DNA of 32,175 nucleotides from Macrostomum lignano (taxonomy: Eukaryota): positions 1 to 32,175 of the forward strand of contig NIVC01000747.1 in assembly GCA_002269645.1 (NCBI GenBank). Reading direction: 5' to 3'. The position numbers and the translations under genes were made by a program. Below, in pieces: positions 21,992 to 32,175 of the stretch. A model generated the notes under the pieces. It was not told the DNA's origin. It saw only the letters and a program-made list of their open reading frames with translations, and did no database searches. The number at the start of each line of letters is the position of its first letter. Within the stretch, counting starts at the first letter, position 1.

Positions 21992-22506
21992 TCGTAAAGC
22001 GCGCTGCCAACGTCTTTCCAAGAGTACGACCGTCGATAGCGGCGTGTGTTAAACCTGAATGAGCCGATGTTGCGCCGCTCCCGATGCCGTCGGTCGTCGA
22101 TGCTGCGCACCGACCTTCGCCGACGCCGTCGCCGACGTCCGAAAATTGATCCGCCGGATTTCTCACTGCAACTTCTCGGTGAGTTCACTTTGAGCAGCTC
22201 TTCGCAGTCATCCGAGCTGGGGTCGGGCCGGCACCGCTTCTCAATCAGGCGCTCGATGCCGGTGCGCATGACGCGTACAGCATCGATCAGGTGCAGCCGC
22301 TCGGAGCCGCGGCTCAGCCTGAGGCCAACAACACCCTGCGGCAGCACCGAGCTACCGGCGGCTGCGGAGTCCAAGTCCATAGCGCCCTCTAGAGTCTGCT
22401 CGGACACGAGCCAGCCCCAGTCGGGCGCGAACATGCCCAGACTGCGGGCGGCGAGCAGGACATCGACGGCTTCGGATCTGCGAGCGTAGAGTAGAATAGC
22501 GCGAAC
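21992..22506 (-). CDS. GRIN1: GluN1-like coding exon 2 (ATD, includes a polybasic insert)
   Basis: Acceptor CTGCAG|GTT at 22507/22506. Reads VRAILLYARRSEAVDVLLAARSLGMFAPDWGWLVSEQ...LPQGVVGLRL...HLIDAV...WKDVGSALYE, like GluN1 ARVIILSASEDDA...YVWLVGE...PDGILGLQL...HISDAV...WKTGPLF. Donor GA|GTGAGA, phase 2; 515 nt. Confidence 0.9.
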
Positions 22507-22679
22507 CTGCAGGCGGCACGGTTAGGCGAGGCCGTGATGACTAAAGGCGATGTCTGTTGGTTGTTACTGACAGTAGAGTAGTGAGAATATTTGCGCCCTA
22601 ATGCGATTTAGAGTTTAGCATTTATAACTTTGTTAGTTTTCAGAACTGGCTGAATTTGGCTGCCAACCTTAATTCGGAA

Positions 22680-23368
22680 CTCCACACTCCTTAATCCCAC
22701 ACTCCCTTATCCCACACTCGCTAATCCCACACTCCCTAATCCCACACTCCCTAATCCCACACTCCCTAATCTCTCACTCTCTAATCCGTCACTCTCTAAT
22801 CCAACACTCTTTAATCCCTCACTCTGTTTAATCCCACACTCTTAATCCCACAATCCCTAATCCAACGCTCGCTAATCTCACATTCCCTAATCTCTTACTC
22901 TCTAATCCGTCACTCCCTAACCCCTCATTCCCTAACCCCACACTCCCTAATCCGTCACTCCCTAACCCCTCATTCCCTAACCCCACACTCGCTAATCCCA
23001 CACTCCCTAATCCCACACTCCCTAATCCCACACTCCCTAATCCCACACTCGCTAATCCCACACTCGCTAATCCCACACTCCCTAATCCCACACTCGCTAA
23101 TCCCACACTCGCTAATCCCACACTCCCTAATCCCACACTCCCTAATCCCACACTCCCTAATCTCTCACTCTCTAATCCGTCACTCTCTAATCCAACACTC
23201 TTTAATCCCTCACTCTGTTTAATCCCACACTCCTAATCCCACAATCCCTAATCCAACGCTCGCTAATCTCACATTCCCTAATCTCTTACTCTCTAATCCG
23301 TCACTCCCTAACCCCTCATTCCCTAACCCCACACTCCCTAATCCCTCACTCACTAATCCCAGACTCAC
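22680..23368. repeat. 15-bp minisatellite (CTAATCCCACACTCC)n filling NR1 intron 1, with a ~390-bp internal duplication
   Basis: The array starts at the donor GT. The variant block recurs at ~22766 and ~23156. Confidence 0.93.
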
Positions 23369-24073
23369 CTGCTCTTTAGCAACCGGCTCTAACACGCGAG
23401 TGAAATTTCTATCATCATCGTACAGCTCAACAGCTTTGCTGATGGTGAATCTGCTGCTGGCCTGCTCAGACAAGGTCTCCAGCCTGGATAACAGTATGCG
23501 GCCCTCCACATCGGAGCTGTGAATGAGCACAACCTGAGTCCAATCGAATGCGGCAATGAGCTGAGCCCAGCCGTCAGCCTGCTGAGAATAGGGCGGCACC
23601 GTGCGCAGGAAGCTGGAGTGCGAATACTTGTCTGAGAAGCTGCTGTCCCTGGCCGTGACTCCAATCAATGGGATGTGATAAAACGAGCAGGTGAATGAAG
23701 CGGTGAGCGGCCCAATCTCAGACCGGTCGTGCTGGTGGCTGACAATGACGCCAAACAGGCGGCTGGTTTTGCTCAGCACGGAGTCGCAGATCTGATAGGC
23801 GGTCTCCAGCGGCGTGGCCGACACCTGCTCGGCTAGCGGGCTGAGCGTCATCTCAACCACCGTGTCTTCGCCAACCGAAACTCGGCGGCCGCTCTGCGAC
23901 CGGAGCTCGTTACGAAAGTTTGCTAAAGTCTCCTCGTTGCTAAGCAGGGCGGCAACGGTGAAGTTCACCTTGACCAGCTTCCCGGATGGTTTGAGCGCCT
24001 GGCTGTAGTACAGGTGATGATGAATCACGATCAGCAGCTCCAGGAATACTACTTTCAGTAGGCAGGACGGCAT
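23369..24073 (-). CDS. GRIN1: NMDA receptor GluN1/NR1-like subunit, coding exon 1 (signal peptide + N-terminal ATD)
   Basis: ATG at 24073-24071 followed by a hydrophobic leader (MPSCLLKVVFLELLIV). Contains '[44 protein letters not shown]', matching the GluN1 motif '[44 protein letters not shown]'. Donor CAG|GTGAGT at 23369/23368, phase 0; 705 nt. Confidence 0.93.
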
Positions 24074-24144
24074 TCCTTAGGGAATTGGCATGAACAACAG
24101 AGATTTTTTAGCTGCTTCTGTATCGGGTTGACTTAGGCTGAGCT

Positions 24145-24170
24145 CTGCTGCTAAGAAGAGTAAAATAAAT
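24145..24170 (-). promoter_or_regulatory. Probable 3' splice (cis- or trans-splice) acceptor in the NR1 5' UTR
   Basis: The minus strand reads TTTATTTTACTCTTCTTAG-CAG-CAG, a pyrimidine tract plus tandem NAG acceptors ~75 nt upstream of the ATG. Confidence 0.5.
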
Positions 24171-24274
24171 CGATGAAATTAGCTCGTATCGATAAGGTGC
24201 ATCGATATTAGCTTACGAGCTAATGATTAATCAATGATTGAAATTAGCTGTCAGGTGGTCATAAAGAAATATTA

Positions 24275-26170
24275 GCTTCTAATTGGGTCATAAAGATTAG
24301 CTTCTAATTGGGTCATAAAGATTAGCTTCTAATTGGGTCATAAAGATTAGCTTCTAATTGGTCATAAAGATTGGCTTCTAATTGGGTCATAAAGATTAGC
24401 TTCTAATTGGTCATAAAGATTAGCTTCTAATTGGTCATAAATATTAGCTTCTAATTGGGTCATAAAGATTAGCTTCAAATTGGGTCATAAAGATTAGCTT
24501 CTAATTGGTCATAAAGATTAGCTTCTAATTGGTCATAAAGATTAGCTTCTACTTGGGTCATAAAGATTAGCTTCTACTTGGGTCATAAAGATTAGCTTCT
24601 AATTGGGTCATAAAGATTGGCTTCTAATTGGTCATAAATATTAGCTTCTAATTGGGTCATAAAGATTGGCTTCTAATTGGGTCATAAAGATAAGCTTCTA
24701 ATTGGTCATAAAGATTAGCTTCTAATTGGTCATAAGGATTAGCTTCTACTTGGGTCATAAAGATAAGCTTCTGATTGGTCATAAAGATTAGCTTCTAATT
24801 GGTCATAAGGATTAGCTTCTACTTGGGTCATAAAGATTAGCTTCTAATTGGTCATAAGGATTAGCTTCTACTTGGGTCATAAAGATTGGCTTCTAATTGG
24901 GTCATAAAGATTAGCTTCTAATTGGTCATAAAGATTAGCTTCTACTTGGGTCATAAAGATTAGCTTCTAATTGGGTCATATAGAGCTTCTAATTGGTCAT
25001 AAAGATTAGCTTCTAATTGGGTTATAAAGATTAGCTTCAAATTGGGTCATAAAGATTAGCTTCTAATTGGGTCATAAAGATTGGCTTCTAATTGGGTCAT
25101 AAAGATTAGCTTCTAATTGGTCATAAAGATTAGCTTCTAATTGGTCATATAGAGCTTCTAATTGGTCATAAAGATTAGCTTCTAATTGGGTTATAAAGAT
25201 TAGCTTCTACTTGGGTCATAAAGATTAGCTTCTAATTGGGTCATAAAGATTGGCTTCTAATTGGTCATAAATATTAGCTTCTAATTGGGTCATAAAGATT
25301 GGCTTCTAATTGGGTCATAAAGATAAGCTTCTAATTGGTCATAAAGATTAGCTTCTAATTGGTCATAAGGATTAGCTTCTACTTGGGTCATAAAGATAAG
25401 CTTCTAATTGGTCATAAAGATTAGCTTCTAATTGGTCATAAGGATTAGCTTCTACTTGGGTCATAAAGATTAGCTTCTAATTGGGTCATATAGAGCTTCT
25501 AATTGGGTCATAAAGATTAGCTTCTAATTGGTCATAAAGATTAGCTTCTAATTGGTCATAAAGATTAGCTTCTAATTGGGTCATAAAGATTAGCTTCTAA
25601 TTGGTCATAAAGATTAGCTTCTACTTGGGTCATAAAGATTAGCTTCTAATTGGGTCATATAGAGCTTCTAATTGGTCATAAAGATTAGCTTCTAATTGGG
25701 TTATAAAGATTAGCTTCAAATTGGGTCATAAAGATTAGCTTCTAATTGGGTCATAAAGATTGGCTTCTAATTGGGTCATAAAGATTAGCTTCTAATTGGT
25801 CATAAAGATTAGCTTCTACTTGGGTCATAAAGATTAGCTTCTACTTGGGTCATAAAGATTAGCTTCTAATTGGGTCATAAAGATTAGCTTCTAATTGGGT
25901 CATAAAGATTAGCTTCAAATTGGGTCATAAAGATTAGCTTCTAATTGGTCATAAGGATTAGCTTCTACTTGGGTCATAAAGATTGGCTTCTAATTGGGTC
26001 ATAAAGATTAGCTTCAAATTGGGTCATAAAGATTAGCTTCTAATTGGGTCATAAAGATTAGCTTCTAATTGGGTCATATAGAGCTTCTAATTGGTCATAA
26101 AGATTGGCTTCTAATTGGGTCATAAAGATTAGCTACTAATTGGGTCATATAGAGCTTCTAATTGGTCATA
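24275..26170. repeat. 24/25-bp minisatellite (AAAGATTAGCTTCTAATTGG[G]TCAT)n, ~1.9 kb
   Basis: Period 25 (24291 to 24316) with 24-bp variants. Confidence 0.96.
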
Positions 26171-26587
26171 GTTGGTTATAGTGGAACGTTGAATGCTACC
26201 GACACGAAAATCCACTAAAGCACTCGATCGGAATATGCCTCGCTTATAACAGAAGGCCCATAAAGCACAGTCGCTTTAGTAAATTATTCAGATCCAAAAC
26301 CCGCATAGCCTGACTGGCAACAGAAAAGGGCGACACTGTAAGGCAAACAAGAGACGCGCGAAAAAAAGTCAAAATTTTCCCCAAAACTGGCATTTGCCAA
26401 TCTGCTTGGGAAGCACAGAAATTTATTATGCATTGTATTCGTAATGGGTGAATATGGGTATCATTTTTTGCTGATATTTCAGCACTCATGGATAAGCAGT
26501 AGTATTATCAATACGAGTCTTTTGTGCACTTAAACTTTATTTTTCTCGCAATTCGCGTTGAAAAATTTAATTTCCTCAGGGTGCCTG

Positions 26588-27660
26588 CTGGAGGGCCATA
26601 GTGGATACCAGCTGGAGGGCCATAGTGGATACCAGCTGGAGGGCCATAGTGGATACCAGCTGGAGGGCCATAGTGGATACCAGCTGGAGGGCCATAGTGG
26701 ATACCAGCTGGAGGGCCATAGTGGATACCAGCTGGAGGGCCATAGTGGATACCAGCTGGAGGGCCATAGTGTATACCAGCTGGAGGGCCATAGTGGATAC
26801 CAGCTGGAGGGCCATAGTGGATACCAGCTGGAGGGCCATAGTGGATACCAGCTGGAGGGCCATAGTGGATACCAGCTGGAGGGCCAATGGTGGATACCAG
26901 CTGGAGGGCCATAGTGGATACCAGCTGGAGGGCCAATGGTGGATACCAGCTGGAGGGGTCTGGGGGGGTCTGGGGGGTGAGCTGGGGGGGGTGTGAGCTG
27001 GGGGGGTGTGAGCTGGGGGGTCATATTGGGTGTCAGCTGGAGGGTCATATTGGGTGTGAGCTGGAGGGTCATATTGGATGTCAGCTGGAGGGTCATATTG
27101 GGTGTGAGCTGGAGGGTCATATTGGGTGTCAGCTGGAGGGTCATATTGGGTGTGAGCTGGAGGGTCATATTGGGTGTGAGCTGGAGGGTCATATTGGGTG
27201 TCAGCTGGAGGGTCATATTGGGTGTCAGCTGGAGGGTCATATTGGGTGTCAGCTGGAGGGTCATATTGGGTGTCAGCTGGGGGTCATATTGGGTGTCAGC
27301 TGGAGGTTCATATTGGGTATGAGCTGGAAGGTCATATTGGGTGTCAGCTGGAGGGTCATATTGGGTGTGAGCTGGAGGGTCATATTGGGTGTCAGCTGGA
27401 GGGTCATATTGGGTGTCAGCTGGAAGGTCATATTGGGTGTCAGCTGAAGGGTCATATTGGGTGTCAGCTGGAGGGTCATATTGGGTATGAGCTGGAAGGT
27501 CATATTGGGTGTCAGCTGGAGGGTCATATTGGGTGTGAGCTGGAGGGTCATATTGAGTGTCAGCTGGAGGGTCATATTGGGTGTTAGCTGGAGGGTCATA
27601 TTGGGTGTGAGCTGGAAGGTCATATTGGGTGTCAGCTGGAGGGTCATATTGGGTGTCAGC
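26588..27660. repeat. Compound 24-bp array: (GCTGGAGGGCCATAGTGGATACCA)n, then (GCTGGAGGGTCATATTGGGTGTCA)n
   Basis: Two related 24-mers separated by a G-rich junction at ~26955-27020. Confidence 0.93.
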
Positions 27661-30606
27661 GCACTCCGCTGACTCCTGAGCACACGCAGAACGATCCTTT
27701 TTACATTAACATCTGATTGAAGTGGTATTGCAGACTTTTCCGATGTAAAATGCAACACTACACTAAAAGCATTTAAAATCGGTGTAACCTGACGGCGGCG
27801 GGAGACCAATAAGAGGAATGAGTCGGTCTGAGCAGAGTGAAGCCCTGAGAGCAAACATCGAGAGGAGTTGCGTTGAAATCAATCGAGAGGCGGGAGGCCA
27901 GATGAAAAAAAGAAAAGAGACCGACTGTCAGAGCCACTCCGCCTTTTCGGCTCATGGCGACAGCGCCGTCTCCGCCCTTCTCTTCCTCGGCCTCCAGATC
28001 TCTTTCCCTCACTCTTGATTTTCCTAACAGGCCCGAGCATGGCGCATCCCCGAGGGGATTTTTCTCTGACCAACTCCTCTTCCCCATCGTCATTCCGTCC
28101 CCAAGTCAGTAGCGGCTTCTCTTCTCCCAGGCAAGAAGCGGAAGAAATTGGCGGCCTAGCGCATGCATTTCCCCTCTCTTCGAATGTCTGCAGAGCGTCA
28201 AGCCGTCTCGGCTAAAGTACAATTCCTTCTTCAGTTCGAATTCATTTCGATGGATAGAAGAGTCCCGCAATTTACTTACAAATCTAAATGAGTTCTTGGT
28301 CGGCTGTTTTCATCACCTGCCAATTGACAGACAATGCTAATTCAGATTATTTATAGAAATCATTATGCAGATTACGAATTATATGGAAAATGAACTGAAC
28401 TCTTTGTTTTTAATATTCCCTTAATTGATTTTTAGTTGGTTTGCGTACAGGAAAAGCTTGTATAAGAGACTAAACTCTACAAGTCTATAGGATTGACTAA
28501 GCAACTTAATTAATAAATATAAACAATACCAGCTACTATAGACAACACAATTTTGCAAGAAACAGTAAATTTTGCTTCTTCTTACAAATTAAAATTATTT
28601 TATTTTTTATGGTTGATCATACTCGTATTCATGGACCTTAATTCTTTTAAACATTTTTAGATTTATGAAAATGATTTTATAAAACATGATAGAAATTAAA
28701 GATAGATTATGAACCACGACGAAAGTCTATCTATGTAGTAGAAATGTAAATAATTATAAAAATTCAAAAGCTGCTAGAGCCCAGATTAAGAAAGTGTTTA
28801 AGAGTTAAAGTTCTTGCCATAAATACTAGAACAAATGTAAAATATACAACAGAAGCGAAAGTAGTATAAAAATAAGCAGTAAATGCTAAAAGCTCAGTTT
28901 AATATATACTTGCTTTACTATAATAGCTCAACTAAAAAACTTGTCTTAAAAATTAAATTATAATGAAGTATAACTGTTGCTGATCTCAAAGTTATTTGTC
29001 AAGATTGTTTCAAAAAATCTAAAAAATCTAAATTTTCAACGTCTGTCAGTGATTATATTTAGAAAATTTTTGTGAATCGCAATGTCCTTATGTCTCAATC
29101 TCAATATCTAACTGCGAACTAAAATCACAAATTTAGTCTATACACCTTACTTTAATTTTGCATTGATTCTGGTCAAAATACAATTTTATTAGCTTAGTGT
29201 AGATAACTATAAAAATTTGATGATAAAGTTATTAATCAGAAAAACAAACTACATCAAAGCATTCAAAACCGTGAATACATTTTGAAAGAATTTAAGTATG
29301 CTGTTTGTTGAATCCATTTTAATTAAACATCACTACTAATGATGCTTTGTGTGAAAAGCCAAGAGTTTAAAATAGTCTGTTCGAAGTAAGATGAAGAACA
29401 AGAACGGAATATTTATGCACTAAAAAGATCTAAACGACGTTTAGTTGAATGATTGCTTTACTTGTGACGCTCGTACTGTAACTTATGAACTACGATAATT
29501 TTGAAATGCGCGATAACTAATTTATTAGAAAGCGTGCGTTTAAACATTACTCTTAGTTAAACTAATTTTTTAACATTTTGTGCAAAATTACTACAGTTTA
29601 TTCTGCTATAGTATAGTACTACTGACATATAAATTTTTAAACAATATTTAGTTTAATAAGCATTTCTTTTTACATGTCATTACAATGACCTTGGAATCTA
29701 CGGTTGGTCACGCTATCAGAGAAAAGCGAATCTCCCCCGGTTTAAATATAAAAGTGATCTGTTCAAAAAAGCCCACATAACAATGAACCTGAATTTCTTA
29801 ACCGACACAACTTCGAGCGCCGAGCTAGGACTATTACTATGTACTAGTCCATTGTAGTTATTCTCATTCTCGACATCTTAAACCGACATAAGATATAGAT
29901 ATACTGCAACTGATTATTTTGCTTCTTAATCCCAAGATTTAACTTTTGCATCATATTATATAATATAATATAACTTATATAAGGATTTATTACATCTGAA
30001 CATGTCAATGATGTCATTAACATTACTTCTATTTATTTTAAATTTTACTTGGATACTTAATTCACTTTTGGGGCCTACAGTCACAGGGTTAAAAAGCTGC
30101 TTAGTGCTTAGCAAACTATTGTTAGCACTTAGCAGACTTAAAGTATTGTATACTTATATTGTATCATTTATCTTGTCATGGACTCATGTTATGTGATATG
30201 CCAGGTATAATATATAATAGAAAAATCAGCTTATTTGTAAAAATTTATAAAACTTTATATTTATAAATTTGCAAAGACATACAACATGTTTTTCTTTTCC
30301 ATGAAATTATATAAAGAAAAATGAGTTTTGGCTTTTGCTTAAGTTTTAAGATTAAGTTATATATTTTTCTTCTATCACCTTTAGATCTCAACTTAAGTTT
30401 ATTTGATTTTTATTGTGGGGCAATGCATATTTAAATTTAGAAAATATATACACACTAGATATAGTTCTAGAATCTTCCCAAAAATTCATTACTTTTAGTC
30501 ATTAGTGCAATAATAAATTTATTCAAAATTTATTCAAAAATAATTTAATTAAGCTTATATCATATAAATTCATGCAATGCAATATAATAAATCAAATAAT
30601 TTTTGC

Positions 30607-30672
30607 ATGATCATGATATCTTTAAAGATTCAACTTTTTGGATTTCTTCTTTTAGTTTCTGGAGTTTCATAT
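30607..30672 (+). CDS. NPC1: NPC1-like protein, exon 1 (signal peptide)
   Basis: ATG ATC ATG... reads MIMISLKIQLFGFLLLVSGVSY. Perfect GTAAGT donor at 30673, phase 0, compatible with exon 2. The start could be ATG 30607 or 30613. Confidence 0.72.
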
Positions 30673-30803
30673 GTAAGTACAATAAAAATATGTTAAAATT
30701 GATCTAAAAATTTTAATGTTATATTACTTTAATTTTTTGTTAAAGGTATTGCTTGTCTAATTTTTATGTTTGATTTTACAAGCTGTAAATTTGCATTTAA
30801 CAG

Positions 30804-30992
30804 GCTACGGGTGATTGCATAATGTATGACCAATGTGGCAAAGGCCCAACTGGCAAGTCTACCAACTGTGTGTACAATGGACCACCAAAATTACTAAATG
30901 ATTCTGCTGCAGTGGCTTCTTTAAAATCTATATGCCCAGATCTATTTGATCCTGGCTCAGATACTATCTACACCTGCTGTGCACCATCTCAG
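30804..30992 (+). CDS. NPC1: NPC1-like protein, exon 2 (N-terminal sterol-binding domain)
   Basis: Acceptor TTTAACAG|GCT. Reads ATGDCIMYDQCGKGPTGKSTNCVYNGPPKLL...LKSICPDLF...TCCAPSQ, matching NPC1 CVWYGECG...NCEYSGPPKPL...LCPGFF...LCCDVRQ. Donor CAG|GTAAGA. Confidence 0.93.
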
Positions 30993-31129
30993 GTAAGATG
31001 TTTTAATTTATCTATAACTAAGACTAATATACTGCTTTTTGTCACCAATAATTTTGGGTTTCCCATGGTATTCCCGGCTTCCCTGTTTTTCATATCTGCT
31101 GCCTTCCGTTACATCCTGCTGTCTTATCT

Positions 31130-31845
31130 GACATCCTCCTGTCTTCCCCGACCTACTGCCATCTTTGATATCCTTCTGTCTTCCTGACATCCTGCCGTCT
31201 TCCTCTCTTTCCGGACATTCTGCTGTCTTTGCTAATAAACTGCTGTCTCCCTGACATCCTGCTGTCTTTCCTGACATCCTGGTCTCTTTTCCGATATCCT
31301 GATGTTTTTCCGACATCCTGGTGTCTTCCCCGACATCCTGGTGTCTTCCCCGATATCCTAGTGTCTTCCCCGACATCCTGGTGTCTTCCCCGATATCCTA
31401 GTGTCTTCCCCGACATCCTGGTGTCTTCCCCGATATCCTAGTGTCTTCCCCGACATCCTGGTGTCTTTCCTGACATCCTGGTGTCTTCCCCGACATCCTG
31501 GTGTCTTCCCCGACATCTTGCTGTCTTTCCAGACATTCTGCTGTCTTCTCCAACATCCTGCTGTCTTTTCTGACATCTTGCTGTCTTTTCCGACATCTTG
31601 CTGTCTTTTCCGACATCTTGCTGTCTTTTCCGACATCTTGCTGTCTTTCCCGACATTCTGCTGTCTTCTCCGACATCCTGCTGTCTTTCCTGGGATACTT
31701 CTGTCTTTCCCGACATCCTGGCGTCTTCCTCGGCATCCTGGTGTCTTTCCCGACATCCTGGTGTCTTCCCCGACATCTTGGTGTCTTCCCCGATATCCTG
31801 GTGTCTTTCCCGACATCCTGGTGTCTTTTCCGATATCATGATGTT
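31130..31845. repeat. 20-bp minisatellite (CCCGACATCCTGGTGTCTTC)n in NPC1 intron 2
   Basis: Period 20, degenerating toward the left. Confidence 0.93.
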
Positions 31846-31950
31846 TTTTTCCGACACAATTTGTCTAAAAAATCCCTGAAAATCCCAGCTGCCTTTACCT
31901 GACACCCGACAGTCATCCGGCACTAGCCGCACAAACCCAACCCATCGCAG

Positions 31951-32175
31951 GTGCAAACGCTGAGTCAGCAGCTGGACCCGGCCGGCCTCCTATTCAAACG
32001 TTGCCCGGGCTGCTGGAAAAATTTTCGCGAACTATTCTGCCAGTTTACCTGCTCGCCAAACCAGACTCACTATATGAGACCGACTCAGGTGAACCAGACT
32101 AGCCATGGCATCCTCAACATAGACTACAACATCACCAGCACCTTCTCCTACGGCCTATTCAACAGCTGCAAAGAC
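31951..32175 (+). CDS. NPC1: NPC1-like protein, exon 3 (NTD), running to the window edge
   Basis: Acceptor CATCGCAG|GTG. Translated by hand: VQTLSQQLDPAGLLFKRCPGCWKNFRELFCQFTCSPNQTHYMRPTQ...DYNITSTFSYGLFNSCKD, matching NPC1 LQTLKDNL...[25 protein letters not shown]...AMYNACRD. Confidence 0.95.
   Translation, partial: MQTLSQQLDPAGLLFKRCPGCWKNFRELFCQFTCSPNQTHYMRPTQVNQTSHGILNIDYNITSTFSYGLFNSCKD

Noticed and set aside
22040-22180. Cryptic intron explaining the Arg-rich insert in NR1 exon 2
   Set aside because: The candidate donors (AAA|GTGAAC, TGCA|GTGAGA) with the TTCAG acceptor give frameshifts relative to the conserved WKDVG segment.
26508-27854. Repeat ORFs such as GPPAGIHY, LEGHIGCQ and MTLQLTPN
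   Set aside because: 24-bp repeats are open in nearly all frames; no unique coding flank.
30993-31187. Read-through of ORF 30822..31187 as NPC1 coding sequence
   Set aside because: Similarity stops at CCAPSQ, where a strong GTAAGA donor occurs, and resumes in frame at 31951.

Overview
Eukaryotic (metazoan invertebrate) genomic DNA. The GC-rich exons and minisatellite-filled introns resemble a free-living flatworm such as Macrostomum, but this taxon is an inference. Three protein-coding genes can be assembled by hand with canonical GT-AG introns and matching phases. (1) The 5' part of an NMDA-receptor GluN1/NR1-like gene on the - strand: six coding exons (24073 to 697, 687 codons, signal peptide, ATD and S1 lobe), continuing off the left edge. 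(2) A 628-aa signal peptide-LRR-TM protein gene on the + strand (14571-17444, 3 exons), nested antisense inside the 16.5-kb intron 4 of the NR1 gene. (3) The first three coding exons of an NPC1-like gene on the + strand (30607 to window end), head-to-head with NR1. The rest is a 5'-truncated non-LTR retrotransposon fragment (RNase H + CCHC) inserted into a minisatellite, two inverted copies of a SINE-like element, a ~2.8-kb foldback made of two homologous inverted purine/pyrimidine arrays, about 18 tandem-repeat arrays, and an AT-rich, repeat-free block at ~28.2-31.05 kb. Almost all other long ORFs in the track are repeat artefacts. I found no prokaryote-type system (CRISPR, operon). The most interesting leads are the nested LRR-TM gene, the unusual NR1 inserts and ligand-pocket substitutions, the foldback, and the GC3/repeat-content switch inside NPC1.
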